From: Actinomycetes bacterium
GTDB lineage: Bacteria; Actinomycetota; Acidimicrobiia; Acidimicrobiales; CADCSY01
Assembly: GCA_031398745.1 (NCBI GenBank)
Contig: JANNNX010000009.1
Coordinates: 4,038 to 68,037, forward strand
Direction: 5' to 3'
Length of the DNA stretch: 64,000 nucleotides
Each line of letters opens with the position of its first letter. Position 1 is the first letter of the stretch. The notes under the pieces are model-generated. The model made no database searches, had not been told where the DNA came from, and worked only from the letters and a program-made list of their open reading frames with translations. Positions 58,373 through 64,000 of the stretch are shown one piece after another. Both the position numbers and the translations under genes were made by a program.

Positions 58373-59958
58373 GGCGCGGCCTGGTGCTGCTCCTGGGCCT
58401 GCAGGGCCATGGCCTCGTCGTCGTCGCTGCCGTCGAGGTTGGGTCCGGGCGGCGGGGCCCAGGTGGCCAGGGCGGTGCCCAGCGCGGCGTCGGCATCGGT
58501 GTGGCCGGCGGGGGCGGCCCGCAGGACCCAGGTGTCCTTGCTGCCGCCGCCCTGGGACGAGTTGACGATCATCGACCCCTCCACCAGCGCCACCCGGGTC
58601 AGTCCGCCGGGCAGGACGTCGATGCGCTCGCCTTGCACCACGAAGGGCCGGAGGTCGACGTGGCGCGGCACGAGCCGGTCGTCGACCAGGGTGGGATGGG
58701 TCGAGAGCTGGACCACCTCCTGGGCGATGAATCCTCGGGGATTGGCCTCGATGCGCCGCCGGTAGGCCTGGATGGTGGCCTCGTCGGACCGGGGGCCGAA
58801 GAGCAGCCCGTGGCCACCGGCGCCGTCGACCGGCTTCACCACCAGCTGGTCGAGCCGATCGAGGACGGTGGCCCGGTCCTCGGCTTGGGCACAGAGGTAG
58901 GTGGGCACGTTCTCGATGACCGGGGCCTCGCCGAGGTAGTAGCGGATCAGGTCGGGCACGAAGGCGTAGACCGCCTTGTCGTCGGCCACTCCGTTCCCGA
59001 TGGCATTGGCCAGAGTGACGGTGCCTGCCCGGGCGGCATTGACGATGCCCGGGCAGCCGAGGAGCGAGTCGCCCCGGAAGACGAGCGGGTCGATCCAGGC
59101 GTCGTCCAGCCGGCGGTAGATGACGTCGACGGTGCGAACGCCCGTGGTGGTGTGGGTGTAGACGCGGCCTCCGTCGACGAACAGGTCGCTGCCCTCGACC
59201 AGGTCGATCCCCATCTGGCGGGCCAGGAAGGCGTGTTCGAAGTAGGCCGCGTTGTGGACGCCGGGGGTCCAGAGCACGATCCGGGGGTAGTCGCCGGCGG
59301 CCACGGGGGCGCTCGAACGCAGGGCTTCGAGGAGCATGGCCGGGTAGTCGCCGACGGGCTCGACGGCGACGTGGTCGAGCATCTCGGGGAAGCAGCGGCT
59401 GAGGACCTCACGGTTCTCGAGGACATAGCTGGCGCCCGAGGGCACCCGGAGGTTGTCCTCCAGCACCCGCCAGGTGCCGTCGGCGGCGCGCACCGTGTCG
59501 AGACCGGCAATGTGCACGTGGACGCCGTGGCGGGGATTGATGCCCCAGGCCTCCCGCAGGTAACCCGGGGCCGAGAGCACCAGGTCGGGCGGGATGATCC
59601 GGTCGTGGAGCGCGCACTGCTCGCCGTAGACGTCCTGGAGGAACAGGTCCAGCGCCTTGACCCGCTGCACCAGACCGGTGCGCAGCACCGTCCAGTCGTC
59701 GTGATCGATGACCCGGGGGACGACGTCGAGCGGCAGCGGCCGGTGCTCGGTGCCCCCGGCTTCGGAACGCACACTGAAGGTCACGCCCCGGATCCGCTGG
59801 AGCTGGTCGCGCTCGAGGGCACGGCGCCGGATGCGCTCCACCCCGAGCTCACCGAGCTGGTGGAAGACGCCTTCGGAGGGCGATCGGACAGACCCGGCGG
59901 CATCCACGGCCTCGTCGAAGTAGACGCCAGGGTCGTAGTCGGCCAGCAGATCGCCCAT
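58366..59958 (-). CDS. Circularly permuted type 2 ATP-grasp protein
   Basis: VLEDNLRVPSG.SY, YFEHAFLA, DVIYRR, GNGVADDK, RHVDLRPF, VNSSQGGGSKDTW. Confidence 0.95.
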   Translation of the reverse strand: MGDLLADYDPGVYFDEAVDAAGSVRSPSEGVFHQLGELGVERIRRRALERDQLQRIRGVTFSVRSEAGGTEHRPLPLDVVPRVIDHDDWTVLRTGLVQRVKALDLFLQDVYGEQCALHDRIIPPDLVLSAPGYLREAWGINPRHGVHVHIAGLDTVRAADGTWRVLEDNLRVPSGASYVLENREVLSRCFPEMLDHVAVEPVGDYPAMLLEALRSSAPVAAGDYPRIVLWTPGVHNAAYFEHAFLARQMGIDLVEGSDLFVDGGRVYTHTTTGVRTVDVIYRRLDDAWIDPLVFRGDSLLGCPGIVNAARAGTVTLANAIGNGVADDKAVYAFVPDLIRYYLGEAPVIENVPTYLCAQAEDRATVLDRLDQLVVKPVDGAGGHGLLFGPRSDEATIQAYRRRIEANPRGFIAQEVVQLSTHPTLVDDRLVPRHVDLRPFVVQGERIDVLPGGLTRVALVEGSMIVNSSQGGGSKDTWVLRAAPAGHTDADAALGTALATWAPPPGPNLDGSDDDEAMALQAQEQHQAAPC

Positions 59959-60154
59959 GAACGTTCCACTCTGCCCCGATCCAATGGCAAAGCGGTCACC
60001 AGTGGATGAAGAGCACCTTGCTCTCGTCTGTATCGGATCTGACCAGGTGGTCCTGGGCGCGGGCTGCCCGGATGCCCTCGGTACACTGGGTCCGTCACCT
60101 GCGCCTTTCGTGGAGCCCTGTCGAGTGCTCGGGCGAGGAACGACCGAAGGACCA

Positions 60155-61324
60155 ATGAGCGCTGACTTCACCGCCCTCGGTGTGTCCGCCGATCTCGTCG
60201 CCACCCTGGCCGAGTCGGGGATCACCGCACCGTTCCCCATTCAATCCCTCACCATCCCTGACGGCCTGGCCGGCCTGGACGTGTGCGGTAAGGCCAAGAC
60301 CGGGTCGGGCAAGACCCTGGCCTTCGGCATCCCGGTGGTCGAGCGGGTGGGCCGGGCCGAGCCCCGCCGGCCCCGGGCCATCGCCCTGCTACCGACCCGC
60401 GAGCTGGCCGTCCAGGTGGCCCGCGAACTGGCCCCCCTGGCCGAGCGGCGGGGCCGGACGGTCAAGGCCGTCTACGGCGGCACCGACATCGAGAAGCAGA
60501 TCAAGTCGCTCAAGCGGGGCGTCGACATCGTGGCCGCCACGCCGGGCCGGATCATCGACCTGGTCGACCGGGGTGAGCTGTTCCTCGACGACCTCGAGAT
60601 CGTGGTCCTCGACGAGGCCGACCGAATGGCCGACATGGGCTTCTCTCCCCAGGTCGAGTGGATCCTCCGCCACAGCTCGCCGGTGCACCAGACGATGTTG
60701 TTCTCGGCGACCCTCGACGGCGACGTGGGCCGCCTGGTGCGCGACCACATGCGCGATCCCGTGTTCCACGAGGTGGCGTCGCTCACCACGACGGTCGAGG
60801 GGATGGTCCACCACTTCCTCAAGGTCCACCAGATGGACAAGGTGAAGGTGGTGGCGGCCATCGCCGACGGTGCCGAGCGTTGCCTGGTGTTCGTGCAGAC
60901 CAAGCGGGGGGCCGACCGCCTCGAGCGCGACCTGATCGGGGAGGGGGTCAAGGCCCAGGCGATCCACGGCGACCTCCGCCAGGGCATGCGGGAGAAGGCT
61001 CTCGCCGACTTCATGGGTGGCTCCCTGCACGTGCTGGTGGCCACCGACGTGGCGGCCCGGGGCATCCACGTCGACGACATCGACGTGGTCGTCCACTACG
61101 ACCCCCCGATCGACCACAAGTCGTACCTCCACCGCTCGGGCCGCACGGCCCGAGCCGGAGCCACCGGGGTGGTGGCCACGCTCGTCCTGTGGAACCAGGA
61201 GCTCGAGGTCGAGCGGCTCCAGAAGCGCATGGGCATGCGCCTGCCGCTGGTGGAGGTGTTCTCCAACGACCCCCGCCTGGCCGACCTGGCGGCGTGGGAC
61301 CCGTCGTCGGAGGCCGTCGCCTGA
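60155..61324 (+). CDS. DEAD-box RNA helicase
   Basis: TGSGKT, PTRELA, DEAD, SAT, ARGI, HRSGRTAR. Confidence 0.95.
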   Translation: MSADFTALGVSADLVATLAESGITAPFPIQSLTIPDGLAGLDVCGKAKTGSGKTLAFGIPVVERVGRAEPRRPRAIALLPTRELAVQVARELAPLAERRGRTVKAVYGGTDIEKQIKSLKRGVDIVAATPGRIIDLVDRGELFLDDLEIVVLDEADRMADMGFSPQVEWILRHSSPVHQTMLFSATLDGDVGRLVRDHMRDPVFHEVASLTTTVEGMVHHFLKVHQMDKVKVVAAIADGAERCLVFVQTKRGADRLERDLIGEGVKAQAIHGDLRQGMREKALADFMGGSLHVLVATDVAARGIHVDDIDVVVHYDPPIDHKSYLHRSGRTARAGATGVVATLVLWNQELEVERLQKRMGMRLPLVEVFSNDPRLADLAAWDPSSEAVA

Positions 61325-61344
61325 CGGCACGTCCCCCGGGACCG

Positions 61345-62847
61345 GTGGTCGCCGAGCTCCGCCGCCGAGCGGCGGACGCGTCCCGGCAGCTCGACCCCGG
61401 CCGACGCAGATCGGCCGGTGCCTACCCCACGCCCGAGCCGTTGGCCCGACGGCTGGTGGCGTCGGTACTCGACGGCTGGCCGGCCCGGGGTCCAGCCCCC
61501 GTGGTCGCCGACCCGGCGTGCGGTGGTGGGTGCCTGCTCCTGGCCGCCGCCGAGCAGCTGGCGGCTGACGGGCTCGCCCCCGCCGCCATCGTCGCCCACC
61601 ACCTCGTTGGCATCGAGATCGACCCCGCGGCCGCGGCGGTGGCCCGGCAGGTGCTCAGCGAGTGGTGCGGCGGGGCGGCCACCCCCCGCATCGTCGTCGC
61701 CGATGCGCTGCGCCTCGACCTTCACCGCTGGCCGGCGGTGCCCGATGTGGTCGTCGCCAACCCCCCGTTCCTCGGTCAACTCCGGGTGAGGACCGCCCGA
61801 CCCGCCGGGGTGCCCGGTGGTGGGCCGGTGGGTGACGTGAGCACCGCCTACACCGATGCCGCTGCGCTCTTCTCGGTGCTCTGCGCCCGGGCACTGCGCC
61901 CTGGCGGCCGGGCCGCGGTGCTGGTCCCCACCTCGCTGCTGGCGTCGCGTGACGCGGCCCCGACCCGGGGCGCGGTCGAGGCGGTGGCCGAGCTGCGGTC
62001 GGTGACGGCCGTCGATCGGGCCGACTTCGCCGAGGTCGACCTGGATCTCTGCCTGCTCCTGCTGGCCGCTCGTGCTGCGCCGGCGACCGACGGCTCGGGG
62101 CCCGTCGGGCCGACCTCGTGGGCGGCCCGACTCCTCGACGACCTGCCGGCGGTGGATCGCGGCACCTGGACCGTCTCCGGCACCGTTGGTGACCAGGCGG
62201 CCGTGTACGCCGGGTTTCGCGACGCCTACTACCGCCTGGTCCCGCTGGTGGCCGAAGCCGACGCCTGGCCCGATGCCGCTCTTCCGCGGCTGGTCACGTC
62301 GGGCGCCATCGACCCACCCGGGACCGACCGGCGCCACCGGCCGGTCCGCTTCGCCAAGCGCCGGTGGGTCGATCCGGTCGTCGATCTGTCGGCAGCCGAC
62401 GCCGCGACCACGGCCTGGGCCCGCTCCCAACTGGTGCCCAAGGTCGTGGTCGCCAGCCAGACCCGGGTGGTCGAGGCCGCGGTCGACGCCGAGGGTTGCT
62501 GGCTGCCGGTGCCGCCGGTGGTCTCGGTGGTGCCTCACGCGGCGGGGGAGCTGTGGGCCATCGCCGCGGTCCTACTCGCGCCGCCGGTGGCTGCCGCGGC
62601 CCGGGGGGAGCTGGCCGGTACCGGCCTCAGCCGGGGCCGCGTCCGCCTGCCGGCCCCTTGGCTGCGGGCACTGCCCCTGCCGGCCGACGACGCCGCCTGG
62701 GCCGAGGGAGCCGACGCGCTTCGGGCCGGCGACGTGGCTGCCATGGGGGTGGCGATGACGGCGTCCTACGGATTGGCGCCGCCCGAGACCCAGGCCCTCG
62801 TTGCCTGGTGGAGGGCCGAGTCGGAGGGTCGCGGGTCGGCTCAGTGA
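61345..62847 (+). CDS. Orphan N6-adenine DNA methyltransferase (gamma class) with TaqI-C-like region
   Basis: GAYPTP, DPACGGG, GIEID, ANPPF, PKVVVA; start uncertain. Confidence 0.8.
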   Translation: MVAELRRRAADASRQLDPGRRRSAGAYPTPEPLARRLVASVLDGWPARGPAPVVADPACGGGCLLLAAAEQLAADGLAPAAIVAHHLVGIEIDPAAAAVARQVLSEWCGGAATPRIVVADALRLDLHRWPAVPDVVVANPPFLGQLRVRTARPAGVPGGGPVGDVSTAYTDAAALFSVLCARALRPGGRAAVLVPTSLLASRDAAPTRGAVEAVAELRSVTAVDRADFAEVDLDLCLLLLAARAAPATDGSGPVGPTSWAARLLDDLPAVDRGTWTVSGTVGDQAAVYAGFRDAYYRLVPLVAEADAWPDAALPRLVTSGAIDPPGTDRRHRPVRFAKRRWVDPVVDLSAADAATTAWARSQLVPKVVVASQTRVVEAAVDAEGCWLPVPPVVSVVPHAAGELWAIAAVLLAPPVAAAARGELAGTGLSRGRVRLPAPWLRALPLPADDAAWAEGADALRAGDVAAMGVAMTASYGLAPPETQALVAWWRAESEGRGSAQ

Positions 62848-63770
62848 CCGGCCAGAGCGGCCACCACCGGGGCGAAGGCGTCGAGGGCCGGCTCGGACAC
62901 GGTGACGTAGGAGATGCCGGTCTGCTCCCGCAGCTCGCGCAGGGAGTCGACCAGGTGGTCGGTTGAGCCGACCAGCACATGAGGGCTGGCGGCGGCGGCG
63001 TCGACCGGGAGGGACAATCGCGCAGCCAGGTCGGCGACCGCCGCCCGCTCGCCGCCCCGGTCGGTGACCGCCACGGCCAGGGTGGCCAGGTTGAGCTCGA
63101 TGGCCGGCATCCGCTCGCCCGCCGCAGTGCCGATGACGCCCAGCTTGCGGTCGGTGGCGGCCCGGTCGATGTCGTCGGGCTCGACCCTCCCGTCGGCTCG
63201 GCGCCGGGGGGCCAGGCCGACGATGTCGGCTTCGGCCCCGGCCAGGGCCAGGAGCCGGGGACCGCTGCCGCCGACGAAGATCGGTGGGCCCGGCCGCTGG
63301 GCCGGGAGCGGCCGGCCGGTCAGCTGGTCGACCCGGTAGTAGGTGCCGTGGTGGTCGAACGGCTCGCCCCGCCAGTGGGCTCGGACCACCGCGATGGCCT
63401 CCGCCAACCGCTCTACCCGCACCGATGCCGGATCAAAGGCCATGCCGGCGGCCTCGTACTCGCTGCGCCGCCAGCCGGCGCCCATCCCGAGCTCGACCCG
63501 ACCGCCCGACAGCAGGTCGACGGTGGCTGCCTCCTTGGCCAGGACGACCGGGTGGCGGAAGTCGACCGCGGCCACGAACAGGCCGACCCGCAGCGTGGTG
63601 GTGGCCGAGGCGGCCGCCATCATCGCCGGCAGGGGGGCAAGCTGGTCGCCGAGGTGGTCGGGCAGTAGCAGCACGGCGTAGCCCAGGCCCTCGACCCGGC
63701 GGGCCAGCTCGGGCCAGTCGTGACCGTGGTCGAAGCCGGCGACCGAGACGCCGAAGCGGAAGGGGCGCAC
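62841..63770 (-). CDS. LLM-class probable F420-dependent oxidoreductase
   Basis: RPFRFG, PDHL, LAKEAATVDLLSGGRVELGMGAGW, PPIFVGG. Confidence 0.88.
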   Translation of the reverse strand: MRPFRFGVSVAGFDHGHDWPELARRVEGLGYAVLLLPDHLGDQLAPLPAMMAAASATTTLRVGLFVAAVDFRHPVVLAKEAATVDLLSGGRVELGMGAGWRRSEYEAAGMAFDPASVRVERLAEAIAVVRAHWRGEPFDHHGTYYRVDQLTGRPLPAQRPGPPIFVGGSGPRLLALAGAEADIVGLAPRRRADGRVEPDDIDRAATDRKLGVIGTAAGERMPAIELNLATLAVAVTDRGGERAAVADLAARLSLPVDAAAASPHVLVGSTDHLVDSLRELREQTGISYVTVSEPALDAFAPVVAALAGH

Positions 63771-63793
63771 GAGCGCCGTCGACCGGGTGGTGC

Positions 63794-64000
63794 TCAGCCT
63801 GGGGGGTAGACGACCTTCTCGGGGGCGATCTTGATCTTGACCCGCTCCGACGCGATCGGGTTCGGGTAGTCGCGGCCGATGTACTTGTGCGACAGCTCCT
63901 CGATGTGGGCCCGGCCCTCGTCGCCGGTGATCAGGTCGACCACCGTGCCCCGGACCTCGATCGACGCGGGCCGGTCGCCGGCCAGCCAGATCGACACGTT
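63794..64000 (-). CDS. PPOX-class probable F420-dependent oxidoreductase (3' part only)
   Basis: VS....EVRG.V.....I.ELSHKY.G..YP....ERV.IKI.P; runs off the window edge. Confidence 0.7.
   Translation of the reverse strand, partial: NVSIWLAGDRPASIEVRGTVVDLITGDEGRAHIEELSHKYIGRDYPNPIASERVKIKIAPEKVVYPPG

Overview
High-GC actinobacterial chromosome segment; gene content and widespread apparently leaderless starts suggest Acidimicrobiia or a relative (inference). It is mostly core genome (proA, cysH/sir, class II DAHP synthase, nadD-LCP-rsfS, tRNA-Ala, leuS, comEA/comEC, holA, rpsT, lepA, hrcA-dnaJ-rsmE, hemW). Accessory modules are: an XRE-HTH plus nucleotidyltransferase TA-like pair with an operator palindrome; a MoxR/VWA pair whose VWA gene is frameshifted in a G-tract; an SDR-FAD oxidoreductase-DUF1365-cfa operon resembling the furan fatty acid pathway; a ~1.2 kb decayed island at the tRNA-Ala 3' end, bounded by a 14-bp direct repeat and carrying RHS toxin/immunity remnants; a BldD-like regulator with an intact c-di-GMP motif; a Tad/Flp pilus locus with non-canonical pilins, flanked by a membrane pseudokinase, a tandem Sm-like protein, a BldC-like HTH and a LysM protein; a GT4/six-hairpin/2xGH130 carbohydrate cluster; two RpoD-like sigma paralogs (one atypical); an ATP-grasp/alpha-E/transglutaminase module; and an orphan DNA adenine methyltransferase. 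No CRISPR array, integrase or transposase was seen. All calls come from reading motifs by eye, and many start codons are best guesses.
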